64,000 bases of DNA from Bifidobacteriaceae bacterium (GTDB lineage Bacteria > Actinomycetota > Actinomycetes > Actinomycetales > WQXJ01): positions 782 to 64,781 of the forward strand of contig JAISSX010000008.1 of NCBI GenBank assembly GCA_031272885.1, read 5' to 3'. Each line of letters opens with the position of its first letter. Within the stretch, counting starts at the first letter, position 1. The position numbers were made by a program, and so were the translations under genes. The notes beneath the pieces are model-generated. The model searched no databases, had not been told where the DNA came from, and was given only the letters and a program-made list of their open reading frames with translations. This document shows, piece by piece, positions 54,601 to 62,879 of this stretch.

Positions 54601-55420
54601 GGGCGGCCTGGCCCACGCCATCGGTCAGTTCCCCGAAGGCCGAATCAGACCGAAACACCCCGTACAGGCCGGTGGCGCGCAGGCGGGCCAGCGGCAGCAG
54701 GAAGAAGGCGCTCAGACCCAAGGCCAGGGCCGTCGCCCCAGCGGCCACCGCCCAGGGCCGCCAGGCGCACCAGCGTCGCCACTCCAAGGCCATGAACACC
54801 AGGGCGAACAGGGCCGTCCACAGGGCGGACAGGCTGTGGCCCAGAATCAGGCCGGCCGCGCCCACGGTCAGCCGCCACCAGCCGCCCGGCCGGCGCCGCG
54901 CGATGGCCCACAGGCCGTGGAACACCAGCGGCACCAGGGCGAAGGCCAGCACCTCGCCGTAGGCCGCCCGCACCCAGGTCACCACCAGGTGATAGGGCGC
55001 CGCCAGGTAGATCAGCCCGGCCAGGGCGCCGGCCCCCAACGACCGGCTGGCGGCCCGGATGAAGGAGCACATCAGGGCGCCGGCCGCGAACATGGCCAGC
55101 CAGGTGAAGGCGTTGATGCCGGCCGTCCACGAGCCCAGAATCTTGCCCAAGCCCAACACCAGGTAGGCGGACAGGGGTCCGTAGAACAGGTTGGGCGCGT
55201 AGCCGAACCCGCCCAGGGCGTCCGGATTCACCTGGGGCGGAAACTGGCCGTCCTGCAGCGCCGCCGCCGTGCCGCCGAAACGCTGCAAGTGGAACTGCGA
55301 ATCACCGCCGCTGATCACGCCGTCGCGGTACAACGGCAGGCAGACCACGGCACAGAACAGGGCCATGCCGGCGTAGACCGGAATGGTGCCGCTGGCCCAA
55401 GCCCGCCGCGCCGCGCCCAC
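51545..55420 (-). CDS. fusion membrane protein: N-terminal YfhO/PTPS-related-like GT-C module plus C-terminal DUF6020-like module
   Basis: 1291 aa. The N-terminal half has GGDSQFHLQRFGG...FGYAPNLFYGPL (the GT-C first-loop Asp/His/Arg pattern seen in YfhO/PTPS-related proteins), many TM helices, and an extracytoplasmic beta-rich domain. A basic linker RRHLRRYRRRAGQRR joins the halves. The C-terminal half aligns with the 48722-50641 product (LLRLPYLVWLWPGIVTNDSSWQVAQAAG...). Confidence 0.75.
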   Translation of the reverse strand: MGAARRAWASGTIPVYAGMALFCAVVCLPLYRDGVISGGDSQFHLQRFGGTAAALQDGQFPPQVNPDALGGFGYAPNLFYGPLSAYLVLGLGKILGSWTAGINAFTWLAMFAAGALMCSFIRAASRSLGAGALAGLIYLAAPYHLVVTWVRAAYGEVLAFALVPLVFHGLWAIARRRPGGWWRLTVGAAGLILGHSLSALWTALFALVFMALEWRRWCAWRPWAVAAGATALALGLSAFFLLPLARLRATGLYGVFRSDSAFGELTDGVGQAALRSLRDLLFNASGVTQGGPAPFGTSTAIGWVILAGLVALPFGWRAAHARARALAWRLAALGLVAVVATTALVPWDHLPAVLRLIQYPWRLELQATFCLAAAGGIGLWCLARRLRRGRPWRRLTAGATCLVVGAGALAGAAGLINGAAHRDLLQPSQFFATDLTRAWPIALGEYLPTAAWRPGSDYSDLAERGREPAVVAGEATWAGYSEDGTATVFDVACAAGPCQVELPFIYYPGYAATLTTGEAQTDALQVSVSDGGLVLVTVPDQASGRVQTQFGRTATTTWGLAVSLIGLVVFLGLIARRAWPAGRRHLRRYRRRAGQRRAVQESAAAGGEAPQPKAPAWRLTGALAGGLVAALGWAIVPGPRLPGQTMAGYLKASLGGFGWTAVLAFVLVTALGVAALRVRQRRAIAGAAVIGAVFATAALLGRALAPSPHTLAPITATDAAQAKALVLWLGAAWTSYCALVVVAGWLVGTSQPAAKRSWAKPPWLTLSARRLGALYRAHPGRFMAVAWAAMVLLRLPYLVWLWPGIVTNDSSWQVAQAAGLVPLNNHHAVVHTLLLALFIRPAQALGSVSAGVGAFATCQLLVLCAACTYAVHRLLAWGANRWAAGAAYGFFALFPVYGLFGVSLWKDAAFATAGLALTVALIDLVRQPKAALTSPVRVAVGVLALAGVITLRANGPYVAAGAIVLVALAARPHRLRVGLSLGAVFLVVFGANQVVLRALHVEPSSAREMLAIPVQQLSYVAAQHGDDLTAEQRAFLEDAFGGSLWQLEDRPPQGDADAVQAVYDALAPATVEELGQAYRWYSADRAKYKLDTRWVEANAGLTARNWVDLGLEYPGTYLTGWLQLTNSYWYPVVTHNLVTTLNVQPSPGFQPGGYLIEQATGNLVARPAETGHPRLAQLVANPYYLPGVAVLYSTGFPFCVLLAASLMLWLRRAWRELAALGAIWLAWACSLIAPINGDYRYILAVALAAPLVVVLALSRGLKPAASAPDAPDSSDSPSAPASSQPAATSSG

Positions 55421-55426
55421 GGCCCG

Positions 55427-56206
55427 CTAGCCCCGGCGCCGGCGGGTCAGCTTGGCCCACCGCCGCTGGAAACCCCACTTGGTGACCAGCGTCATGGCTT
55501 CCTTGACAATCGAGCCGCTCATCTTCGACACCCCGGCCTGGCGTTCCGGGAAGCTGATCGGAACCTCGACCACCTTCGCCCCGGCATCGACCACTGCCAT
55601 CGTCATGTTGACCTGGAAACCGTAGCCTTGGGCCTCGATGGCACTCAGATCGAGCCGCCGCAGCAGGTCCGCCCGGTAGGCCCGGAACCCGGCCGTGGCG
55701 TCCTTGACGTGCAGGTTCAGCATGATCGAGACGTACAGGTTGCCGCCACGCGACAGGGCCTCGCGGCGCTTGGGCCAGCCCACCACTTCGCCGCCCTTGA
55801 CCCAGCGCGACCCGATGGCGAGGTCGGCGCCATCGGCCACCGCCTGCAACAAGCCGGGGAGCTGCTCCGGGCGGTGCGAGCCATCCGCGTCCATCTCACA
55901 CAGGATGTCGTAGCCCCGCTCCAGGCCCCAGGCGAAACCCTGCAGGTAGGCGGTGCCCAAACCCTGCTTGCCGGTGCGGTGCATGGCGTGCATTTGGGGG
56001 TCTTCCGCCGCCTGCTGATCGGCCCACTCGCCGGTGCCGTCCGGCGAGCCGTCATCGACTATCAAGACGTGGGCGGCGGGCACGGCCGCCCGCAGGCGCG
56101 CCACCACGCCGGGGAGCGACTCGATTTCGTTGTAGGTGGGAATGACTACCAAAACTCGGGGCTCGGCGGGTTCCGCTGTCACCCGCCCAGTGTAACCAGG
56201 CGGCAC
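55427..56206 (-). CDS. ppm1: polyprenol-monophosphomannose synthase (GT2, Ppm1/Dpm1-like)
   Basis: 259 aa. VLVVIPTYNEIESLPGVV...LIVDDGSPDGTGEWA, CEMDADGSH and RGGN motifs are typical of Dpm1/Ppm1. The stop lies 6 nt upstream of the next gene. The GTG at 56182 is an alternative start. Confidence 0.85.
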   Translation of the reverse strand: MPPGYTGRVTAEPAEPRVLVVIPTYNEIESLPGVVARLRAAVPAAHVLIVDDGSPDGTGEWADQQAAEDPQMHAMHRTGKQGLGTAYLQGFAWGLERGYDILCEMDADGSHRPEQLPGLLQAVADGADLAIGSRWVKGGEVVGWPKRREALSRGGNLYVSIMLNLHVKDATAGFRAYRADLLRRLDLSAIEAQGYGFQVNMTMAVVDAGAKVVEVPISFPERQAGVSKMSGSIVKEAMTLVTKWGFQRRWAKLTRRRRG

Positions 56207-56234
56207 CCGGCGGGCGGTTCTACCACTAGTCTTA

Positions 56235-57449
56235 TTGCCCGTGTTGCGCGTCGATTATGTGATGCGGCCCTACGCCTGGGGTTCGCTGACCGATATTCCG
56301 AACCTGTTGGGTATACCGGAGACGGGCGGCCCGGTGGCAGAGATCTGGCTGGGGGCGCACCGCACCGGTTCGGCCAAGGTGGGCCGCGGTGAGGAGGACC
56401 AGGGCGTGTCGCTGCGGGACGTCATCGGACGCAATCCACGTGACATGCTGGGTGACCCGGAGCAGACCGAACTACCGTTCTTGCTCAAGGTGTTGGGGGT
56501 GGCCCACCCGCTCAGCCTGCAGGTACACCCCAAGGCGGAGCAGGCCCGGGCCGGGTTTGCCCGTGAGGAGGCGGCCGGCATTCCGCTGGATGCGTCCAAC
56601 CGGACCTACAAGGACCCCTACCCCAAGCCCGAGATGGTCTACGCCTTGACCACCTTCGAGGCCCTGGCCGGTTTCAAGCGGCCGGAGGCGATCCGGGCGG
56701 CGTTGGCGCCCATCGCCCCCCAATCCACTCTGGCGGCCAACCTGCTGGCGGCGTTGGAGGGCACCGGCCGCGGCGGGCTGAAGGCGGCCGTGGCCATGGC
56801 CTTGACCGGACCCGAAGCCGGGCCGGGCGCCATCGTCGAACTGGTCCAGGCCTGCCGGCGCATGATGAGCCAAACCAGTGACGACCCGGCTGCCTACACC
56901 CTGCCGGTGGCGTTGGCCAAGCGCTACCCGGAGGACCGCGGCATCGCCGTCGCGATCATGATGAACCATGTCTCGTTGGCGCCGGGCGAGGCCTTGTTTA
57001 TCGGTCCCGGCACGCCGCACGCCTACCTGCGGGGCCTGGCTATGGAGTTGATGGGGGCGTCCGACAACGTGCTGCGGGCCGGTTTTACGCCCAAGTACGT
57101 GGACCCGGCGCGGGTTCTGACCACGGTCGACTTCGACGCCCAGGGGCCGGTGCGTCCCGGGGTGGTGCGCGATGGCGCGGCCCGGATTGTGCGTCCGCCG
57201 GCGGACGTCTTCGAGTTGGCGGACATCCGCATGACGGGCGGCACTTATCAATCGGCCGCCACCGGTCCGCGCATGGCCTTGGTCCTGGAGGGTCAGATCA
57301 CCGCCTTCACCGACTTGGGCTCGCTGCACGTCTCGCGGGGCCAGAGTCTGTTCGCGATGGCGGCCGAAAGTCCTATTTCTTGGCGCGGAAAGGGACGTGT
57401 GATTCTCGCCTCACCCGGATCGAGGCCTCTTTTACCCCATTCGGCTTGA
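56235..57449 (+). CDS. manA: mannose-6-phosphate isomerase, class I
   Basis: 404 aa. YAWGS near the N-terminus. Zinc and active-site motifs LSLQVHPKAEQA and PGTPHAYLRG, plus NVLRAGFTPKYVD. Confidence 0.9.
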   Translation: MPVLRVDYVMRPYAWGSLTDIPNLLGIPETGGPVAEIWLGAHRTGSAKVGRGEEDQGVSLRDVIGRNPRDMLGDPEQTELPFLLKVLGVAHPLSLQVHPKAEQARAGFAREEAAGIPLDASNRTYKDPYPKPEMVYALTTFEALAGFKRPEAIRAALAPIAPQSTLAANLLAALEGTGRGGLKAAVAMALTGPEAGPGAIVELVQACRRMMSQTSDDPAAYTLPVALAKRYPEDRGIAVAIMMNHVSLAPGEALFIGPGTPHAYLRGLAMELMGASDNVLRAGFTPKYVDPARVLTTVDFDAQGPVRPGVVRDGAARIVRPPADVFELADIRMTGGTYQSAATGPRMALVLEGQITAFTDLGSLHVSRGQSLFAMAAESPISWRGKGRVILASPGSRPLLPHSA

Positions 57450-57534
57450 CTTGTCGCGATGACACGCGTGTAATTTCACCAGTGTGATTCTCAATCGTGA
57501 CCTTCAGTGTCGCCCTGGAGCAAGGAGCCTGCTT

Positions 57535-57855
57535 GTGTGGAACGTGCTAGGGGACGGCGCCCTGACCTTCGAATCCGGCGTGATCGATCCAAGGTCGCCG
57601 GTGCCGCTGTTCGACTTCGAGGGCGACGGCGGCCCGCTCGAGTGGCAGGAGCGGGCCCTGTGCGCCCAGACCGACCCCGAGGCCTTCTTCCCCGAAAAGG
57701 GCGGCTCCACCCGTGAGGCCAAGAAGGTTTGCTCTTCCTGCGACGTGCGCGCAGAGTGCCTGGACTACGCCCTGGCCAATGACGAACGGTTCGGCATTTG
57801 GGGTGGGCTGTCGGAACGCGAACGGCGCAAGCTGAAGCAACGCCGCGCGCTGTAG
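57535..57855 (+). CDS. whiB: WhiB-family redox-sensing transcriptional regulator (WhiB2/WhmD-like)
   Basis: Four-Cys cluster C-x(n)-C-x2-C-x5-C (ALCAQTDPEAFF...KVCSSCDVRAEC) and the C-terminal GIWGGLSERERRKL. The GTG at 57535 has AAGGAG 7 nt upstream. The ORF track start at 57484 lacks an RBS. Confidence 0.9.
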   Translation: MWNVLGDGALTFESGVIDPRSPVPLFDFEGDGGPLEWQERALCAQTDPEAFFPEKGGSTREAKKVCSSCDVRAECLDYALANDERFGIWGGLSERERRKLKQRRAL

Positions 57856-57861
57856 GCACCC

Positions 57862-60800
57862 GTGTCCTTGCCGCCAACCGTGCCCTATCAGGGCACCCGC
57901 CAGCATGTCACCGCCGTGGTGGTGACCACTGGCCGCTCCGACTACCTACCCAATGCCCTGTGGGCCCTGGCCGGGCAAAGCCGCCCGGCCGATGCCATCC
58001 TGGTGATCACCACCGAACCCTCCGCCGCCCCCGCCGTCCACGAAATGGCCGTCATGTGCGGCCTGCCCGAGGCCGCCCTCCAGGTGGTGCCCGCGCCCCG
58101 GGCCAAGAACTTCGGCCGGGCCGTCGCGGTTGGCCTAGGAGCCGCGCCGCCGCCGGCCGGGCCAGACGCCCTGCTGTGGCTGCTGCATGACGACACCTAT
58201 CCCGAACCGGGCGCGCTAGCGGCGTTAACCGCCGCCTTGGAACTGGGGCCATCGGTGGCCATGGCCGGGCCCAAACAGGTCCAGGCCGCGGACGTGTCCC
58301 GTCTGGCCTCGGTTGGCCTGACCACCACCCCATTCGGGCGGCGGGTCTCCAACGGCGAAGACGGCGAACTGGACCAAGGGCAGTACGACTCTCTCGATGA
58401 CGTGTTGGCGGTCGGTACCGCCGGCCTGTTGGTGCGCTTTGAAGCCTGGCGGCACCTGGGCGGCATCGACCCGGCGCTGGGCCCCTACCGGGATGGCCTC
58501 GACCTGAGCCGGCGGGCCCGGTTGGCCGGTTACCGCGTGGTAGTGGCGCCCGATGCCGTGTTGCGGCACGAAAAGGCCGGCTACTACGGGCTGCGCAGCG
58601 GGGCCGGGTTAGAAAAGGACCCGGCCGCTTCCTTCGGGGCCCGCCGCCGCGCCCTGATCTACACCCAAATGGCCCACAGTTCATGGTGGGCCGTGCTGTT
58701 CGTGGCCCTGGCCGCGGCGGCGGCCGCCGCCGGGCGCTTCTTCTGGCGCCTGGCCACCAAAGACTTCCGGTTGGCGGCGGCCGAGGTGGCCGCGCCGCTG
58801 GCCGTCTTCATCCGGCCCGGCCGGCTGATCGCCGCCCGCCGGGCCGCCGCCCGCACCGCCCGCGCCAAACGCGGCGCACTGCGGCCCCTGCAGGTCTCCG
58901 CCCGCGAGGCCCGGGCCATGCGCCGCGACCGGCGCATCACCGCCACCGAGCGGCTGCGCCTGCGCCAGGCGCCCACCGAGATCGAGATCGCCGAACTGCG
59001 CGAACTGGCCGGGCACCGCCGGCGCATGTTCGCCGCGCTGTTGGCCTTGGTCCTGGCCGGCACCATTTTCGCCCTGTTCCGCCTGGTGGGGCCCGGCTAT
59101 CTGACCGGTGGCGCCCTAGGGCCGCAGGAAACCAAGATCTGGGACTTGTTGACGTCCATCTGGGGTGGCTGGCTGCCCATCGGCACCGGCCAGGCCGGGC
59201 CCGGTGACCCGTTCGCCGTGGTGGTGGCCGGCCTGACCGCCCTCGGCTTCGGCCACGGCAACGCCGGCATCATCATCGGCCTGGTGGCGGCGCCTGTAGT
59301 GGGCGCCGTGGGCGCCTGGTTCGCCGCCGGCGCCGGCGCCCGGTCGGTTTGGATCCGGGCCTGGGCCACGCTGTTCTGGTTCGCGGCGCCCTCACTGTGG
59401 ACCTCGCTGGGGGACGGCCGGCTGGGCGCCGTGGTAACCCACGCCACCCTGCCCTGGCTGGTGTTGGCCACCGCCCGGGCCGTCGGTGCCAACCGGTTGG
59501 ACGTCCGCCCCCCCGTGCTTGATCCCGAGACCAACCAAGCCCCGCCCCCCGGGCCGGCCTACGGGCCTGGTTCGGTGGCTGCGGCGGCCGCCGCCGGCCT
59601 GGTCTTTGCCGTGGCCGCCGCCGGCACGCCCATGTTGCTGCTGCCGGGCAGCCTGCTGCTGGTCCTGGCCGGCTTCTTGGGGCGCCGCGGCCGGCGCCTG
59701 CGCCTGCTGTGGGCGCCCGTGCCGGCCCTAGTGCTGTTCGCCCCGCTGCTGTGGGACGCCTGGACCACCGGCCAGTGGCGGGTGCTGCTGGCCGATCCCG
59801 GCCTGGCCGTGCCCTATACGGCCGCGCCCTGGTACCTGCAGATAGTGGGCTGGGTGACGGACCCGGTGCTGCCCGGCTTTGTGCCGGTCAATTGGACCGA
59901 GGCGGTGGCCCTGGCCCTAGCCGGTTTGGCGGCCGTCGCGGCCCTGGTGGGTTTGGTGCGGCGCGGCAAGCCCGCCCGCGCCGTCCGCGTCGGTTGGCTG
60001 GTGGCCCTGACCGGCCTTGGGCTGGTCTGGGTGGCCGGCCGGGTCATCGTCACCGCCAACGGCCTCACCCTGGTCCACCCTTGGGCCGGTGGGGCCGCTT
60101 CCCTGGTTCTGGCCGGGCTGTTGACGGCCGGAGTGGCCGGCACCAGCGGGGCCGTGGGTGCACCCGGGTCCAAGGCGCACGGCGCCCGGGCCACCGGCGC
60201 CTGGATAGCTGTCGCGGCGCTGTTGGCCGGGCCGCTGGCCGGCCTCAGCCTGGTCGGTTGGCAGTGGTGGGGGGAGCGCCATGGCGTGGCCACCCACCGG
60301 GTAGCCACCCAGGCCATCGCGCCCATCGCGGCGGCCGAATCCCTCAGCGATGTCGCCACCACCACCCTGACCATCAGCGTCATCGACGGCCTGTACTGCT
60401 GGGACGTGGTGCGGGGCGCCGGCCACCAGGTGGTCGAAGCCCAGGGCGTGACCGGCGCCCGCGGCCTAGAGTTCATCCACTGGCCGGCCCGCAAGGTGGC
60501 GGCGGCCGATACGGCCATCGAAACCGCCGTGGCCGCCCTGGCCGGGCGCGACGCCACCCAGGCGGCCCGCTCCCTGGCCTTGAGCGGCATCGGCTTCATC
60601 TCCGTGCCCAAGGTCTACACCGACCCCTCGCTGGAGGCCGCGCTTGATGCCGCCCCTGGCCTCAGCCGCATCACCGAAACCGCCGGGGCCGTCCTGTGGC
60701 GCGTGGCCCCCGCCGGGCTGGCTTTCGACGCCGGCACGGTTGACCAGGCCGCGCGGGCCTTCGTGGTGGACCCGGCCACGGGCGCTGCGACGGCCCTCAA

Positions 60801-61101
60801 GGTCGGTACCGAAGACCGCTTCAAGGTGCGCCTGGCTTCAGGCGAGGCCGGCCGGCTGTTGGTCCTGGCCGAGGCGGCCGACGCCGGCTGGCGGGCCAGC
60901 CTGGGTGGGCGCGAACTGCGGGCCGTTGACGGCACCGGCTGGCAGCAGACCTTCGAACTGCCCGCCGGCGGCGGTGAACTGAAAGTCTGGTACGCCACCA
61001 ACTGGCTGGTGCCCATCGGCCAGGCCCTGGTGGCCGCATTGACTCTGGTGTTGGCGTTGCCGTTCCGGCGCAACCCGGCGGCCGAGGAGGTCGAGGAATG
61101 A
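57862..61101 (+). CDS. GT2 glycosyltransferase fused to a large polytopic membrane domain
   Basis: 1079 aa. N-terminal GT2 fold: VTAVVVTTGRSDYLPNALWALAGQSRPADAILVI and LWLLHDDTYPEPGAL. Residues about 300-800 hold many TM helices, followed by a C-terminal extracytoplasmic region and a final TM. Confidence 0.8.
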   Translation: MSLPPTVPYQGTRQHVTAVVVTTGRSDYLPNALWALAGQSRPADAILVITTEPSAAPAVHEMAVMCGLPEAALQVVPAPRAKNFGRAVAVGLGAAPPPAGPDALLWLLHDDTYPEPGALAALTAALELGPSVAMAGPKQVQAADVSRLASVGLTTTPFGRRVSNGEDGELDQGQYDSLDDVLAVGTAGLLVRFEAWRHLGGIDPALGPYRDGLDLSRRARLAGYRVVVAPDAVLRHEKAGYYGLRSGAGLEKDPAASFGARRRALIYTQMAHSSWWAVLFVALAAAAAAAGRFFWRLATKDFRLAAAEVAAPLAVFIRPGRLIAARRAAARTARAKRGALRPLQVSAREARAMRRDRRITATERLRLRQAPTEIEIAELRELAGHRRRMFAALLALVLAGTIFALFRLVGPGYLTGGALGPQETKIWDLLTSIWGGWLPIGTGQAGPGDPFAVVVAGLTALGFGHGNAGIIIGLVAAPVVGAVGAWFAAGAGARSVWIRAWATLFWFAAPSLWTSLGDGRLGAVVTHATLPWLVLATARAVGANRLDVRPPVLDPETNQAPPPGPAYGPGSVAAAAAAGLVFAVAAAGTPMLLLPGSLLLVLAGFLGRRGRRLRLLWAPVPALVLFAPLLWDAWTTGQWRVLLADPGLAVPYTAAPWYLQIVGWVTDPVLPGFVPVNWTEAVALALAGLAAVAALVGLVRRGKPARAVRVGWLVALTGLGLVWVAGRVIVTANGLTLVHPWAGGAASLVLAGLLTAGVAGTSGAVGAPGSKAHGARATGAWIAVAALLAGPLAGLSLVGWQWWGERHGVATHRVATQAIAPIAAAESLSDVATTTLTISVIDGLYCWDVVRGAGHQVVEAQGVTGARGLEFIHWPARKVAAADTAIETAVAALAGRDATQAARSLALSGIGFISVPKVYTDPSLEAALDAAPGLSRITETAGAVLWRVAPAGLAFDAGTVDQAARAFVVDPATGAATALKVGTEDRFKVRLASGEAGRLLVLAEAADAGWRASLGGRELRAVDGTGWQQTFELPAGGGELKVWYATNWLVPIGQALVAALTLVLALPFRRNPAAEEVEE

Positions 61102-62660
61102 AGCTTTTCCGGCGCCTCCTGGCCATTCTGATGGCCCTGGCCGTGCTGGCCGCCCTGGCCGGTTTCGGCTGGCTCGAACGCACCTACCCGGCCCGTGTCC
61201 TGGGCCCGCTGAAGCCCGACGTGGTGGCGGTGGCGGCCGGTGACTCGGTGGCGGTGTGCCCCGGTGAGCTGAAACTGGCGGCCGAACAGGCCGGCGGCGA
61301 CGTCTCCTATGACCCGCGCTTCGATCCGCGGCCCACCTCCGTCGAGGCCACCACCGTGGCCCTGTCCCAGGGGGTCGGGGCCGCTGCCGTGGTGGGCCTG
61401 GACCAGGCGGCCGATGGTCTACTGGAAGGCAGTACGGCGGGTGCGGGGGCGGCATCGGGCGGCATTGGCGGCTCCACGCACGAGGTGGGCGATCAGCCCC
61501 TGGTGGTGCGGGCGACATCGGGCAGCGACGCCCCGGCGCTGGCCACCGGCGGTACCGCTACCGTGACGGCCGATGGCGACCTGCGCGGCATCGCCGCCGC
61601 CGCCTGTGTCACGCCGGCCGTCGAATCCTGGCTGGTGGGCGGGTCCACCGAACTGGGTTCGTCCGCCCGCCTGGTGCTGGTCAACCCGGGCCTGACCTCG
61701 GTCACGGCCTCGGTCAAACTGTGGGACGCCGCCGGGCCGGTCGACGCCGTGGGCTTAACCGGGCTGGTGATCCCGCCCGGTTCGAGCCGCGCCATCCTGC
61801 TGGAGGGGATCGAGGCGGACGCCTCCCGGCTGGCCGCCCAAGTCATCGCGACCGGCGGCGAACTGGGGGTTTACCTGCAGCATTCGCGGCTGAACGGGTT
61901 GACGCCGGCCGGGGTTGACCTGGCCGTGCCGGGAGCCGCACCCGCCACCGCCGTGGTGGTGCCGGGCCTGGACGTGCAGGCCTCTAGTTTCGATTCGGCC
62001 CAGGTGTCGCTGCTGCGGGTGCTGAACCCGTCGGATGCGCCGGCCGTGGTGTCGGTGGTGCTGTGGGGGCCTTCTGGTCCTGTTTCGCTGCCCGGGTTGG
62101 ATGCCGTGACGATCGGGGCCGGTATGGTGGCCGATCTGTCGCTGGGCGGCCTGGCCGAGGGCTCCTACGTGGCGCATCTGGCTTCCGAGACGCCGATCGT
62201 GGCGGCCGGCCTGTCGCTGCGCGTGGGCCAGGCGCCATCGGCTGACGCCGGTGTGGGGGTGGCGGCGCCGGAGGACTTCGGCTGGTCGGCTTCTGGGGCG
62301 GTCTCCGGGTTGGTGCTGGTGGCCTGGCCGCAGTTGGGAGACGGCACGCAGCGGCTGGTGCTGGGTTCGGCTACCGACACCGAGGTGGCCGTGTCCCTGG
62401 TCGGGACTTCTGGGGTTTCTTCGCCGGTGACCGTGAACCTGTCCGCCGGTCGGTCGGTAGTGGTGTCACCGGCTGACCTGGTGGACGAATTGTGGTCCGG
62501 TAGCGGCGAGCCGGTTGGGTTGCGGCTGGATGTGCCCGATGATGCGGCAGTGGGGGCGGCGCTGGTGCTGGTGGGGTCGGACAACCAGACCATCGCGGTG
62601 TTGACGCCGGCCGGCCGGGCCGCCGCCGCTCAGGCGTTGAGCCTCTACCCGGCTCTCTAG
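61098..62660 (+). CDS. DUF5719-like protein with N-terminal membrane anchor (family recalled from memory)
   Basis: 520 aa. The ATG overlaps the GT2 stop as ATGA. N-terminal TM helix MKLFRRLLAILMALAVLAALAGFGWL, then an Ala/Gly/Val-rich beta-type extracytoplasmic sequence. The GT2-DUF5719 pairing downstream of whiB is recalled as conserved in Actinobacteria. Confidence 0.6.
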   Translation: MKLFRRLLAILMALAVLAALAGFGWLERTYPARVLGPLKPDVVAVAAGDSVAVCPGELKLAAEQAGGDVSYDPRFDPRPTSVEATTVALSQGVGAAAVVGLDQAADGLLEGSTAGAGAASGGIGGSTHEVGDQPLVVRATSGSDAPALATGGTATVTADGDLRGIAAAACVTPAVESWLVGGSTELGSSARLVLVNPGLTSVTASVKLWDAAGPVDAVGLTGLVIPPGSSRAILLEGIEADASRLAAQVIATGGELGVYLQHSRLNGLTPAGVDLAVPGAAPATAVVVPGLDVQASSFDSAQVSLLRVLNPSDAPAVVSVVLWGPSGPVSLPGLDAVTIGAGMVADLSLGGLAEGSYVAHLASETPIVAAGLSLRVGQAPSADAGVGVAAPEDFGWSASGAVSGLVLVAWPQLGDGTQRLVLGSATDTEVAVSLVGTSGVSSPVTVNLSAGRSVVVSPADLVDELWSGSGEPVGLRLDVPDDAAVGAALVLVGSDNQTIAVLTPAGRAAAAQALSLYPAL

Positions 62661-62726
62661 TACCCCCTGGCCTGCCCCGCCCGCCCCTTCCTAGCCGGCC
62701 AGCCCACCCGCCCCCGCCCACCCCTT

Positions 62727-62867
62727 CCTCACGAGAGGTTACTTTTCCGGCGCGAAAGGTCAATTCTGCAGTTCGGCTCAATTTGGTCGGTTGCGTTTGT
62801 GCAGGTCAGCAGCTTGCGCCCGATGGCGTCCGGCCGCCCGGGGTGACGGAATTGACCTTTCGTGAGG
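62727..62867. repeat. 141-bp palindromic element homologous to 20819-20925
   Basis: 5' end CCTCACGAGAGGTTAC (62727-62742). Inverted pair CGAAAGGTCAATTC (62753-62766) and GAATTGACCTTTCG (62849-62862). 3' end CTTTCGTGAGG (to 62867). Internal TGCGTTTGTGCAGGTCA (62792-62808) matches 20862-20878 at 16 of 17 positions. Confidence 0.8.
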
Positions 62868-62879
62868 AGAGGGTTGGGG

